Below are positions 1-9,393 of a stretch of DNA of 42,511 nucleotides, one piece after another (the first letter of the stretch is position 1; each line of letters opens with the position of its first letter). The translations under genes were made by a program, and so were the position numbers. Under the pieces are notes generated by a model. It had not been told where the DNA came from. It did not search any database and saw nothing but the letters and a program-made list of their open reading frames with translations. The stretch is taken from the sequence record DRR723986_5138. One strand, 5' to 3'.

Positions 1-1
1 C

Positions 2-766
2 TATTCGATCACCTCGGCCTGCTCGACCTCTTTGCATTGCATCGGCAACGCAGCAGAGCAGATCATGCTGGGCAAACAGGACGTGATGTTTGCCGGTGGC
101 GGTGAAGAGCTGGATTGGACACTGTCCTGCCTGTTCGACGCCATGGGTGCGATGTCGTCCAAGTATAACGACGATCCCAGCACCGCGAGCCGTGCATTTG
201 ACGCCAACCGCGATGGGTTTGTCATTTCAGGCGGCGGCGGCATTCTGGTTCTCGAAGAGTTGGAGCACGCAAAAGCACGCGGCGCCAAGATCTATGCCGA
301 AGTCACCGGCTATGCAGCGACATCAGACGGTCACGACATGGTGGCCCCTTCTGGCGAAGGCGGCGAACGCGCAATGCGTCTGGCGTTGTCGACCCTGCCC
401 GAAGGCCGCAAAGTTGGCTATATCAACGCGCATGGCACCTCGACCCCGGTCGGTGATGTGGGCGAAGTCGAAGCTGTCCGTCGTGTGTTTGGCGAAGGCA
501 GCACGCCACCGATCAGTTCAACCAAGTCGATGACCGGTCACGCACAGGGCGCGGCTGGCGCACTCGAGGCGATCTTCAGCTTGCTGATGCTGGACAATGA
601 TTTCATCGCCCGGTCGATCAATGTGGAATCCTTGGATCCAGCGCTGAAGCCCGAGGAAATCGCATTGGAAACGAAATTTGACGCAGGGCTCGACAGTGTC
701 ATGACCAACAGCTTTGGCTTTGGCGGCACCAACGGATCGATGATCCTGTCCAAGTATAACGGGTAA
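2..766 (+). CDS. fabB: Beta-ketoacyl-ACP synthase I (5' truncated by window edge)
   Basis: Frame is open from position 2. Active-site [34 protein letters not shown] and NSFGFGGTN motifs. Directly upstream of fabI. Confidence 0.93.
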   Translation, partial: YSITSACSTSLHCIGNAAEQIMLGKQDVMFAGGGEELDWTLSCLFDAMGAMSSKYNDDPSTASRAFDANRDGFVISGGGGILVLEELEHAKARGAKIYAEVTGYAATSDGHDMVAPSGEGGERAMRLALSTLPEGRKVGYINAHGTSTPVGDVGEVEAVRRVFGEGSTPPISSTKSMTGHAQGAAGALEAIFSLLMLDNDFIARSINVESLDPALKPEEIALETKFDAGLDSVMTNSFGFGGTNGSMILSKYNG

Positions 767-771
767 CGAAT

Positions 772-1563
772 ATGTCTGATCTTTTGAAAGGCAAACGTGG
801 GCTGATCATGGGCGTCGCCAATGATCGCTCGATCGCATGGGGCATCGCCAAAGCCATGGCCGAGGCCGGAGCCGAGTTGGCCTTTACCTATCAAGGTGAA
901 GCCTTTGGCAAACGTCTTGAACCGCTGGCCGCATCGGTCGGGTCGGATTTCATGGTGGACGTGGATGTAACAGACGATGCGTCTTTGGACGTGGCGTTTG
1001 AACAGTTGGGCGCGCGCTGGCCCACCATCGACTTTGTTGTCCATGCCATCGCCTATTCGGACAAAACCGAATTGACGGGTCGCTTCCTTGACACCACAAG
1101 AGCGAACTTCAAAAATTCGATGGATATCTCGGCCTATTCGTTTATCGAAGTGGCCCGCCGCGCATATCCAATGATGAAGGACAACGGCGGCACCTTGCTG
1201 ACCTTGACCTATCAGGGATCAAACCGAGTTGTGCCTAACTACAACGTTATGGGTGTGGCCAAAGCTGCCTTGGAATCCGCGACACGGTATTTGGCCAATG
1301 ACCTTGGCCCCGATGGTATCCGGGTCAATGCGATTTCCCCCGGCCCGATGAAAACACTGGCCGGTGCCGCAATCGGCGGTGCACGCAAGACCTTCAAGTT
1401 TGCAGGCACCAACGCGCCTATGCGGTCAAACGCAACACTGGAAGCCGTCGGCGGAACAGCCGTTTATCTGGCATCAGATGCTGGCGCCTACACGTCTGGC
1501 GAAATTGTCCGCGTTGACGGCGGATTCCACGTTCTGGGCATGCCCCAACCGGAATCGATGTAA
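772..1563 (+). CDS. fabI: Enoyl-ACP reductase (NADH)
   Basis: GVANDRSIAWGIA start, catalytic YNVMGVAK, NAISPGPMKTLA. Confidence 0.95.
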   Translation: MSDLLKGKRGLIMGVANDRSIAWGIAKAMAEAGAELAFTYQGEAFGKRLEPLAASVGSDFMVDVDVTDDASLDVAFEQLGARWPTIDFVVHAIAYSDKTELTGRFLDTTRANFKNSMDISAYSFIEVARRAYPMMKDNGGTLLTLTYQGSNRVVPNYNVMGVAKAALESATRYLANDLGPDGIRVNAISPGPMKTLAGAAIGGARKTFKFAGTNAPMRSNATLEAVGGTAVYLASDAGAYTSGEIVRVDGGFHVLGMPQPESM

Positions 1564-1564
1564 T

Positions 1565-1604
1565 CAAATTTCTGAGGCGGGCCGCAATGCCCGCTTCAAA
1601 TTTG
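1565..1604 (+). terminator. Hairpin after fabI, probable intrinsic terminator
   Basis: TGAGGCGGGC-cgcaat-GCCCGCTTCA stem (one G-U pair), flanked by CAAATTT/AATTTG, immediately after the fabI stop. Confidence 0.55.
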
Positions 1605-1662
1605 CGTGAGATTGTCATTTAGGTGCCCAGACTTGGCCACAGTCGGCTGTCACCTTGAGACC

Positions 1663-2088
1663 ATGACACAGACAGACGTATCTCTTAGCGCAGACCTGCG
1701 CCCCCCCCGTCACCGCCCCCATGCGCTGCGATATATGCACATGACGTTGATGACGATTTGTGGCCTCCTGATGGCAGTCATCGCACTGTCCCACCCCAAG
1801 GTGAGCGGCTATTTAGCTGCCTTGCAGGGTGCTGAAGCTGAAACACCGATTTCCCTTGTGGAACAAAGTCCAGTTATTGGCTCACAAGAAGACATCGCGG
1901 AAAGCGTCCCACCGCTGATCGTGACACTGAACGAGGATGAGGATTCAGGCTCTATCACAACGCTATTGGGTCTGCTCGGTTCCGATGCCGAGCCATCAGC
2001 TGCTGAGCAGCCCGCGCCCCCAACCGTAAGCGCAATGCCGCAAAATCGCATTCCCGTACGACGCGGTGCGTCAAAAGCAGGGAACTGA
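1663..2088 (+). CDS. Hypothetical single-pass membrane protein with acidic, Pro/Ala-rich tail
   Basis: ATG at 1663 chosen over GTG at 1606. One hydrophobic stretch (MTLMTICGLLMAVIAL). Fills the gap between two hairpins. Confidence 0.55.
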   Translation: MTQTDVSLSADLRPPRHRPHALRYMHMTLMTICGLLMAVIALSHPKVSGYLAALQGAEAETPISLVEQSPVIGSQEDIAESVPPLIVTLNEDEDSGSITTLLGLLGSDAEPSAAEQPAPPTVSAMPQNRIPVRRGASKAGN

Positions 2089-2090
2089 TA

Positions 2091-2119
2091 CGCGAAGGGG
2101 GCATTGTGCCCCCCACGCG
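2091..2119. terminator. Hairpin between convergent genes, possible bidirectional terminator
   Basis: CGCG..GGGGGCA-ttg-TGCCCCC..CGCG between the stops at 2088 (+) and 2130 (-). Confidence 0.5.
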
Positions 2120-2129
2120 GGAAAATCAA

Positions 2130-2558
2130 TCAGTTGATAGACGTGACTTCGATATTAAAGATCAAGTCCTGACCGGCCAACGGGTGGTTGGCGTCCAAGG
2201 TAACGGTCGCCTCATCCATCTCAACAACGGTTACTGGCAAAACCTGCCCGTCTGGCGACTGCATCTGCAACTGAATGCCGATTTCCAGTGGAACCTCATC
2301 CGGGATACCTTCGCGCGGGATGGCCTGACGCATTTCCGGGTTGATCGGGCCATACGCCTCTTGGCAGGGCACATTCACTTCTTTTTTGTCGCCAACAGCC
2401 AGACCCGGAATAGCCGCATCTAGACCCGGAATGATCTGCCCAGATCCCACCACGAATTCCAACGGGTCGCGCCCATCAGAGCTGTCGAACGTACTGCCAT
2501 CCAACAAAGTGCCAGTGTAGTGAATGCGCACAGTGTCGCCAGATTTCGCTTGGGTCAT
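2130..2558 (-). CDS. FKBP-type peptidyl-prolyl isomerase (SlyD/SlpA-like, no His-rich tail)
   Basis: GDTVRIHYTG, FDSS, GQIIPGLD, AYG, LDANHPLAG motifs. Confidence 0.92.
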   Translation of the reverse strand: MTQAKSGDTVRIHYTGTLLDGSTFDSSDGRDPLEFVVGSGQIIPGLDAAIPGLAVGDKKEVNVPCQEAYGPINPEMRQAIPREGIPDEVPLEIGIQLQMQSPDGQVLPVTVVEMDEATVTLDANHPLAGQDLIFNIEVTSIN

Positions 2559-2682
2559 GAATGTTCCGATCCATCGGTCGTTAAAAGAGGCGCCACACTA
2601 GACTTTGTTACGCCAAAGTAAACCCTGCCCCTCTTTTCCCTCGTCGGCACATATGACAGGCTGCCCTCAGAGGAGAATAACC

Positions 2683-3369
2683 ATGCCAATCACGACCTGC
2701 GTCTTTGATGCATACGGCACCCTGTTCGACGTCGCAGCTGCGGCCCGTCAAGCAGCGGCGGAACCCGGGAACGAGGCCCTGAAAGACAAGTGGCCGGAAT
2801 TGGCCAATTATTGGCGGTTGAAGCAGCTTCAATACACTTGGCTTCGTGCGATCACCAAAGCCCATGCGGATTTCTGGGATGTCACCCAAGAGGGGTTGGA
2901 TTGGGCATTAGAGGCAACCGGCTTGGATGGACAGCCTGAATTGCGCGCTCGTCTTCTTAGTCTCTATTGGGAATTACAAGCGTATCCCGAAGTGCCCCAG
3001 ATGCTGCAGGCTTTGAAAGCCGCGGGTCTGAACACCGCCATTCTGTCCAATGGGTCGCCCGCGATGCTGGACGGTGCGGTTCAATCTGCTGGCATTCAAT
3101 CCGTGCTGGACGATGTTCTGTCAGTCGAAAGCGTTGGCATCTTCAAGCCAGACGCCCGCGTCTATGATTTGGTCGAAGAACGGTTCAATTGTCACCGAGA
3201 CGAGGTTCTGTTCGTCAGCTCCAACGGATGGGATGCTGCCGGGGCCAGCGGGTATGGATTTCAGACCGCCTGGGTGAACCGCGCCGGCGAGCCGATGGAT
3301 CGCCTACCTTGGACACCCGCGCATGTGCTGTCTGATTTGATCACAATTCCACAGTTGGCAGGAACCTAA
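2683..3369 (+). CDS. Haloacid dehalogenase type II
   Basis: FDAYGTLFD, ILSNG, FKP, VSSNGWD. RBS AGGAG upstream of ATG 2683. Confidence 0.9.
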   Translation: MPITTCVFDAYGTLFDVAAAARQAAAEPGNEALKDKWPELANYWRLKQLQYTWLRAITKAHADFWDVTQEGLDWALEATGLDGQPELRARLLSLYWELQAYPEVPQMLQALKAAGLNTAILSNGSPAMLDGAVQSAGIQSVLDDVLSVESVGIFKPDARVYDLVEERFNCHRDEVLFVSSNGWDAAGASGYGFQTAWVNRAGEPMDRLPWTPAHVLSDLITIPQLAGT

Positions 3370-4199
3370 TGGCGACTTTCCAAACCACCGATCACCAAAG
3401 ACTTTACTTTGAAGACACCGGCACCGGGCAACCTTTGCTATGCCTCGCAGGATTAACCCGATGCAGTCGAGATTTTTCGTTCCTTGCCCCGCACGTTGCA
3501 GATTTGCGCATGATCGCGATGGACTATCGTGGGCGCGGACAATCCGATTATGACCCGGATTACATGAACTATAATGTCCTGCGCGAAGCCCATGATGTGA
3601 TCGAGCTTTTGGATCATTTGGAGCTGGATCGCGTAACGGTTTTGGGCACTTCGCGTGGGGGGCTGATCGCAATGGCCCTAGCCGCCAGTCACCCTGAACG
3701 CCTGTCAGGGGTTGTGTTAAACGATATCGGCCCGGTGGTTGGTGCCCCCGGCATTGCCCGCATCATGGACTATGTTGGCAAAAAGCCCGTTTCAAAAACG
3801 CACGACCAAGCAGCCGCCATTATACAACACTTCATGGAACCGCAATTTCCCGGCGTGTCGTACGACGTTTGGCGCAAACAAGCGGAAATTCAATATCACG
3901 CCACTGAAACGGGGTTAGAACTGCGCTATGACGAGGCCCTGCGCAAGGCGTTGCTGGAACAGGCCGCAACCGGCGCAACGCCCGACATGTGGCTGTTTTA
4001 TGAGGCCCTCAAGAAGATACCGACCGGCGTCATTCGCGGTGGGAATTCAGACATTCTGGATGCTCCGACCCTTGCTGAAATGCACCAACGACACCCGGGC
4101 CTTATCTCTGCCGAGGTCCCAGATCGGGGCCATGTCCCCTTTTTGAATGAACCGCAGTCCCTGCAAGTGATCCGCGCAATTTTGGAGCAAGCAGCATGA
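3369..4199 (+). CDS. Alpha/beta hydrolase
   Basis: DYRGRGQSD, nucleophile GTSRGG, GHVP. Start overlaps the HAD stop. Confidence 0.88.
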   Translation: MATFQTTDHQRLYFEDTGTGQPLLCLAGLTRCSRDFSFLAPHVADLRMIAMDYRGRGQSDYDPDYMNYNVLREAHDVIELLDHLELDRVTVLGTSRGGLIAMALAASHPERLSGVVLNDIGPVVGAPGIARIMDYVGKKPVSKTHDQAAAIIQHFMEPQFPGVSYDVWRKQAEIQYHATETGLELRYDEALRKALLEQAATGATPDMWLFYEALKKIPTGVIRGGNSDILDAPTLAEMHQRHPGLISAEVPDRGHVPFLNEPQSLQVIRAILEQAA

Positions 4200-5170
4200 G
4201 CACACTCGCTATGATCGAAGCCGCAGCACAGCGGTTGCAAGGCCACGTCAGAGAAACCCCAATGCTCAGTTCGCCATTTCTAGACGAGATCGCTGGCCGC
4301 CGGGTTTTAGTGAAGCCCGAATGCCTCCAACACACAGGAAGCTTCAAGTTTCGCGGCGCATGGTCGGCAGTATCGGCAGTGGACGAAGCCACGCGCCAGC
4401 GCGGTATTCTTGCCTATTCCTCGGGGAACCATGCACAGGGCGTGGCCTTGGCTTGTGCCAAACATGGGGTGGCCGCGGTCATCATCATGCCCTCAGACGC
4501 GCCACGCTTGAAAATCGAGAATACCCGCGCTCTTGGGGCCGAAGTGGTTTTGTACGATCGAGCCAACGAAACGCGCGAAACCATCGGGGATCGTCTGTCT
4601 TCGGAACGGGGTCTGACGCTTATCAAACCCTATGACGAACCACAGGTGATCGCAGGTCAAGGCACCACTGGGCTGGAAATCGCAAAACAAACCGCAGCAG
4701 AGGGTGTGACCACCGCGGATGTTCTGGTGTGTTGCGGCGGTGGCGGCCTAACGTCGGGCATTGCGCTTGCACTCGAAAAGCACGCCCCGGGTTTGCGCGC
4801 ACGCCCCGCAGAACCGGATGGCTTTGATGACGCGAAACGCTCGCTTGCAACAGGCCAAATCCAGACCAACCCAGCCATGGCGGGCAATATTTGCGATGCG
4901 ATCCTGACCCCCTCCCCCGGAGAGATCACCTTTCCCATCATGAAGCGTCTTTGCGGTCCGGGTTTGAGCGTCAGCGAAGACGAAGCCCTACATGCCATGG
5001 CGCTGGCGTTTACCCGGCTCAAAATCGTGTTGGAACCGGGCGGAGCCGTCGCCTTGGCTGCCGCCCTATTTCGCAAATCAGATATCGCCGGGGATGCTGT
5101 GATTGCCGTTGCATCTGGCGGCAATGTGGACGCCGAGGTGTTTCGCTCAGCCTTAGAACAGTTCGCGTGA
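4196..5170 (+). CDS. PLP-dependent threonine/serine dehydratase family
   Basis: TGSFKFRGA (PLP lysine), SSGNHAQG, GQGT, GGGGL, EPGGA, SGGN. ATGA overlap with the upstream gene. Confidence 0.9.
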   Translation: MSTLAMIEAAAQRLQGHVRETPMLSSPFLDEIAGRRVLVKPECLQHTGSFKFRGAWSAVSAVDEATRQRGILAYSSGNHAQGVALACAKHGVAAVIIMPSDAPRLKIENTRALGAEVVLYDRANETRETIGDRLSSERGLTLIKPYDEPQVIAGQGTTGLEIAKQTAAEGVTTADVLVCCGGGGLTSGIALALEKHAPGLRARPAEPDGFDDAKRSLATGQIQTNPAMAGNICDAILTPSPGEITFPIMKRLCGPGLSVSEDEALHAMALAFTRLKIVLEPGGAVALAAALFRKSDIAGDAVIAVASGGNVDAEVFRSALEQFA

Positions 5171-5219
5171 CGTCTCTTATAGGGGGCTGATCGGCCTCCC
5201 CAACAGATCTGAGGATACC

Positions 5220-6416
5220 ATGACCCGATTCACCATCGCCTCGTTCAATGTCAAAAACCTGATTGGGGCAGACAAAGAGTTCTACAAGTTCCAACAATAC
5301 ACCCCCGAGGAATACGCTTGGAAACAGGATTGGATGGCCGATCAACTGTTAACCATGGATTCCGATATCATCGGTTTTCAGGAGGTGTTCGAAGAACAAG
5401 CTTTGGCGGATGTCATGGCAGAGGTCGAAAAACGTGGCGCATTGGCAAACGAGGCCAACGTGCCGGATGCCTCGAAACGCTATCATAAGAAAGCGATCTT
5501 TCGGAAACTGGCCTTTGGTGGATACAAATCCGCCGCGCTGGCTTTTGCGCCGAACAGCTCTGACGGGGGGCCGGGTGAACGCCGCCCCGGATTGGCGATC
5601 CTGTCCCGGTTTGGCTTCAGTGGGACGCCCGAAATCATTCAAGATCTGCCAAATCCAATTCACATCCCGATGTCAGCTCTTGGGGGCGAAGAAGACGCCG
5701 GACATTTCACGCTAAGACGGCTTTCTCGCCCCATCCAAAAGGCGCGCATCCCCGTGGCCGGGACAGTTGTGACCGTGTTCAATTGCCATCTGAAATCAAA
5801 ACTTGGCGAATTCATCCGCCCACAAGGTGAAGATTTCTCGCGCGAAGCCGTACTGACCGCCTATGACCCGGTAGGGCGAGCGATGGGTGCGCTAAGGGCC
5901 GCGCTTAGGCGTATGGCCGAGGCTTGGGTTTTACGCCGCGAAATCGTGGATGAGCTAGACAAAGGGCACCCTGTAATGGTCTTGGGCGATTTCAACGATG
6001 GCGAACATGCTGTCAGTTCAGAAATCATTTCTGGCGAGCACCCGTTCAAAAACTATTCGTGGATGTTGCGTCACGATGCCAAACACCCCAATGACCGCTA
6101 TAGCCGTGAAGAAAATGAATACATCACCGAGGCCGTAGATCGTGTCAGATTGCGGTCGGGTGAAAAAATGTTCGTGCGTAAATCGTTGCGGGATATGGTT
6201 TACACCTCTGCCTTTGGTGGCGTTTATGAAAGCATCGACCAAATCTATATGTCGCGCCATTTCGACAGCACTTGGGACAAAGCCATTGGTGAGATGGAGT
6301 ATTATAGCGTCTTCAACGATCACCTGACGGATGGCAGCCACCCCGAAGCCCCGTATAATAAACTCGCTTCTGACCACGGGCAAATCATGGCGCACATACG
6401 GGTGAACACACGCTGA
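5220..6416 (+). CDS. Endonuclease/exonuclease/phosphatase (EEP) family protein
   Basis: IASFNVKNL, GFQEV, HLKSK, GDFND, IDQI, SDHG. RBS GAGGA. Confidence 0.88.
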   Translation: MTRFTIASFNVKNLIGADKEFYKFQQYTPEEYAWKQDWMADQLLTMDSDIIGFQEVFEEQALADVMAEVEKRGALANEANVPDASKRYHKKAIFRKLAFGGYKSAALAFAPNSSDGGPGERRPGLAILSRFGFSGTPEIIQDLPNPIHIPMSALGGEEDAGHFTLRRLSRPIQKARIPVAGTVVTVFNCHLKSKLGEFIRPQGEDFSREAVLTAYDPVGRAMGALRAALRRMAEAWVLRREIVDELDKGHPVMVLGDFNDGEHAVSSEIISGEHPFKNYSWMLRHDAKHPNDRYSREENEYITEAVDRVRLRSGEKMFVRKSLRDMVYTSAFGGVYESIDQIYMSRHFDSTWDKAIGEMEYYSVFNDHLTDGSHPEAPYNKLASDHGQIMAHIRVNTR

Positions 6417-6489
6417 ACCACCACAGCCATCTCATCATTCCAAATCCTCTGAAACATCGCCCGGCCGGGGCACGACAGGAGAACGACAC

Positions 6490-7278
6490 ATGCAAATCGC
6501 GGACCTTGGCGACGTAAAGCTTCATTATCGCATCGACGGGGATCCTGATGGTGTGCCTGTAGTGTTTTCAAATTCACTCGGCACTGACTTGCGGCTTTGG
6601 GACCCGATCTTGCCCTATCTTCCCAAGGGGTTGAAACTGATCCGGTATGACAAACGCGGACATGGCCTGTCGTCGATGCCGCACGGGCCATATTCCATGG
6701 GCGCTTTGGTACGGGATGTGGAACGCCTGATGGACCTGTTAGAGGTCAAGAACGCCCTATTCGTTGGGTTATCCATTGGGGGCATGACAGCGCAGGGGCT
6801 AGCGGTGAAACGGCTCGATCTGGTGCGCACAATGGTGTTGTCAAACACCGGCGCCAAGATTGGAACACCCGAAATCTGGGATCAGCGCATCGCCGAAGTC
6901 AAAGCCAACGGGATCGAGGCTCTGGCGGATGGGATCATGGAGCGGTGGTTTTCCAAAGGATTTCGCGCGACACTTGAATTGGAACTGTGGCGCAACATGC
7001 TGGTACGGCAACCCGACGAAGGGTACGCGGGATGTTCCGCCGCCATTTCCGGAACCGATTTCTATACCCCCACCAGCGGCCTGCGCTTGCCCACGCTCGG
7101 CATCGCCGGGTCCGAGGATGGATCGACACCACCTGATCTGGTGCGTGAAACGGTTGATCTGATCCCGGGGTCACAATTCCATCTGATCCGCAAAGCCGGG
7201 CATCTGCCTTGTGTCGAGCAGCCCGAAGAGTACGCCGCTGTGTTAACCAAATTCATGCGCGACACCGGGCATATCTGA
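6490..7278 (+). CDS. pcaD: 3-oxoadipate enol-lactonase
   Basis: FSNSLGTDLRLWD, YDKRGHG, GLSIGG, GHLPCVEQP. RBS AGGAG. Confidence 0.82.
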   Translation: MQIADLGDVKLHYRIDGDPDGVPVVFSNSLGTDLRLWDPILPYLPKGLKLIRYDKRGHGLSSMPHGPYSMGALVRDVERLMDLLEVKNALFVGLSIGGMTAQGLAVKRLDLVRTMVLSNTGAKIGTPEIWDQRIAEVKANGIEALADGIMERWFSKGFRATLELELWRNMLVRQPDEGYAGCSAAISGTDFYTPTSGLRLPTLGIAGSEDGSTPPDLVRETVDLIPGSQFHLIRKAGHLPCVEQPEEYAAVLTKFMRDTGHI

Positions 7279-7281
7279 TCT

Positions 7282-7995
7282 ATGGCGGACTTTCTTCTTG
7301 TTCATGGATCCTGCCACGGCGCGTGGTGTTGGCGTGATATCATACCAGCTCTGAACGCGCGCGGGCACACCGCGCGGGCCATTGATTTACCCGGCAGCGG
7401 CAATGACCAAACCCCTGTGGCTGACATCACCTTAGAGGGGTGTCGGGATGCAATCCTTGACGCGATGACACCAGATAGCATCCTTGTGGGCCATTCATGG
7501 GGTGGCTATCCAATCAGCGCGGCGGCCGAAACCGCGCCATCGAAAATCCGGGCGTTGATATACCTCTGTGCCTATGTCCCATTATCTGGTCTATCGATGA
7601 TTGAAATGCGCAAACGCGCACCGCGCCAGCCTCTTATACACGCTATTGAGCGGTCACAGGACGGGCTGAGCTATACCGTAGCCGATGATCAAATCGAGCC
7701 CCTATTTTATCACGATTGCACGTCTGAAACGATTGCCTATGCCAAGGCCCACTTGCGTCCACAGGCCGTCCAACCACAAGCAACACCGCTTGTGGTTACG
7801 GATCGGTTTGCCAATGTACCGAAACATTACATCCGATGTTCAGATGACCGAACAATCCCTTCTGAATATCAGCAGACCATGAGTGCAGACTGGCCACAGG
7901 ATCATGTCCACGTTATGGACAGCTCGCATTCGCCCTTTTTCGCCCACCCGCAAACCTTGACCGACCTGATTTGCGACATTGAAAGACACCTGTGA
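7282..7995 (+). CDS. Alpha/beta hydrolase (methylesterase/EstC-like)
   Basis: LVHGSCHGAWCW, DLPG, GHSWGG, SSHSPF. Confidence 0.85.
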   Translation: MADFLLVHGSCHGAWCWRDIIPALNARGHTARAIDLPGSGNDQTPVADITLEGCRDAILDAMTPDSILVGHSWGGYPISAAAETAPSKIRALIYLCAYVPLSGLSMIEMRKRAPRQPLIHAIERSQDGLSYTVADDQIEPLFYHDCTSETIAYAKAHLRPQAVQPQATPLVVTDRFANVPKHYIRCSDDRTIPSEYQQTMSADWPQDHVHVMDSSHSPFFAHPQTLTDLICDIERHL

Positions 7996-9332
7996 TGGCT
8001 GGTTCTGTTTTCGACTCGTCCCTATTTTCCCGCCTCTTTCCTACAGGGGAAGTTGGGCGTTTGTTCACCGACAGCGCTGAAGTCCGCGCCATGTTGCTGG
8101 TCGAAGGGATGTTGGCCAAGGTTCAGGGCGATCAAGGGGTCATTCCCGCTGAAAGCGCTGCCGCGATCAACCGCGCCTCGATGGAGATCCAGTTGGACCC
8201 CGGCGCATTGGCACAGGCAACGGGTCAAAACGGCGTCAGTGTCCCGGGTCTGGTTGCTGCTTTTCGCGATGAAATGCAGGCCCCAGAACACGCCCAGTTC
8301 GCCCATTGGGGCGCCACATCTCAGGACATCATCGATACCGGATTGATGTTGCGTCTGCGTCAGGCGTTGACCCTAATCGAAACGGATCTGGCGCAGGTCA
8401 CAATAGCCTTGGGCACCTTGGCAGAAACACACGCCGACCTACCGATGCCCGCGCGCACCTATGGCCAACACGCCACCCCAACAAGCTTTGGGGCGGTGGC
8501 GGCAAGCTGGGGCATGCCTTTGCTGGATTTGCTCGAAGAGCTCTCTCATTTGCGCAAAAGTTGCCTGATGGTTTCCCTGTCAGGGGCTGCCGGGACATCT
8601 TCGGCGCTTGGCCCTTTGGCAGCAGAGACGCGCGCAGACCTTGCACAGGTTTTGAACCTGACCGACCCTGAACGCAGCTGGCACACCGACCGCACTCCGA
8701 TTTTGCGGCTGGCGGATTGGTTCACCCGCGTGACGATCGCGCTTGGGAAAATGGGCGAAGATACGACCCAGCTGGTGCAAACTGGTATCCAAGAAATCAG
8801 ACTGGGCGGGGCCGGGTCATCGTCGACCATGCCACAAAAACAGAACCCTGTTACCCCTTCTGTGCTTGTCGCGCTGGCGCATCAAACCAGTGGCCTGCTC
8901 AATACGTTGCAAGGGGCTTCGATGCACCGATATCAGCGGGACGGGGCCGCATGGTTCACCGAATGGATGTGCTTGCCCCAAATCGTTTTGGGGGCTGGGT
9001 CCGCAAGCCAAACCGCGCGCGCTTTGTGTGAAGGGATAATCCCCTGCCCTGATGCGATGGCAACCAATCTGAACCAACAGCTTGATATGGTTCACGCCGA
9101 AGCGCTCTCTTTTGCCTTGGCTGAGCACATGCGTCGACCCGATGCACAGACCGCGACCAAGGCGCTGTGCAAAGAAGCATCTGCCACCAATACCCCTCTC
9201 AGGGATTTGGTCGCGCGCGACTGGCCGCAGCTGGATGGAACACCCTTGTTCGATGCGGCGCACCAAATGGGTCACGCCCCAGCCGAGGCCCGTCAGTTCG
9301 CTGCAAAGGTAACGCAACGTAATGCAAGCTGA
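7995..9332 (+). CDS. pcaB: Class II fumarase/lyase family, probably 3-carboxy-cis,cis-muconate cycloisomerase
   Basis: HWGATSQD, ARTYGQHA, signature GSSSTMPQKQNP. Lies near pcaD. Alternative start GTG 7992. Confidence 0.7.
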   Translation: MAGSVFDSSLFSRLFPTGEVGRLFTDSAEVRAMLLVEGMLAKVQGDQGVIPAESAAAINRASMEIQLDPGALAQATGQNGVSVPGLVAAFRDEMQAPEHAQFAHWGATSQDIIDTGLMLRLRQALTLIETDLAQVTIALGTLAETHADLPMPARTYGQHATPTSFGAVAASWGMPLLDLLEELSHLRKSCLMVSLSGAAGTSSALGPLAAETRADLAQVLNLTDPERSWHTDRTPILRLADWFTRVTIALGKMGEDTTQLVQTGIQEIRLGGAGSSSTMPQKQNPVTPSVLVALAHQTSGLLNTLQGASMHRYQRDGAAWFTEWMCLPQIVLGAGSASQTARALCEGIIPCPDAMATNLNQQLDMVHAEALSFALAEHMRRPDAQTATKALCKEASATNTPLRDLVARDWPQLDGTPLFDAAHQMGHAPAEARQFAAKVTQRNAS

Positions 9333-9343
9333 GCCGCTTCTGT

Positions 9344-9374
9344 TTCGTCGCCACCAAGCCTAGGTTGCGACGAA
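9344..9374 (+). terminator. Stem-loop after pcaB-like gene
   Basis: TTCGTCGC-c-ACC loop GGT-t-GCGACGAA; no clear U-tract. Confidence 0.4.
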
Positions 9375-9393
9375 CTAAACCGGATCGTTCATT

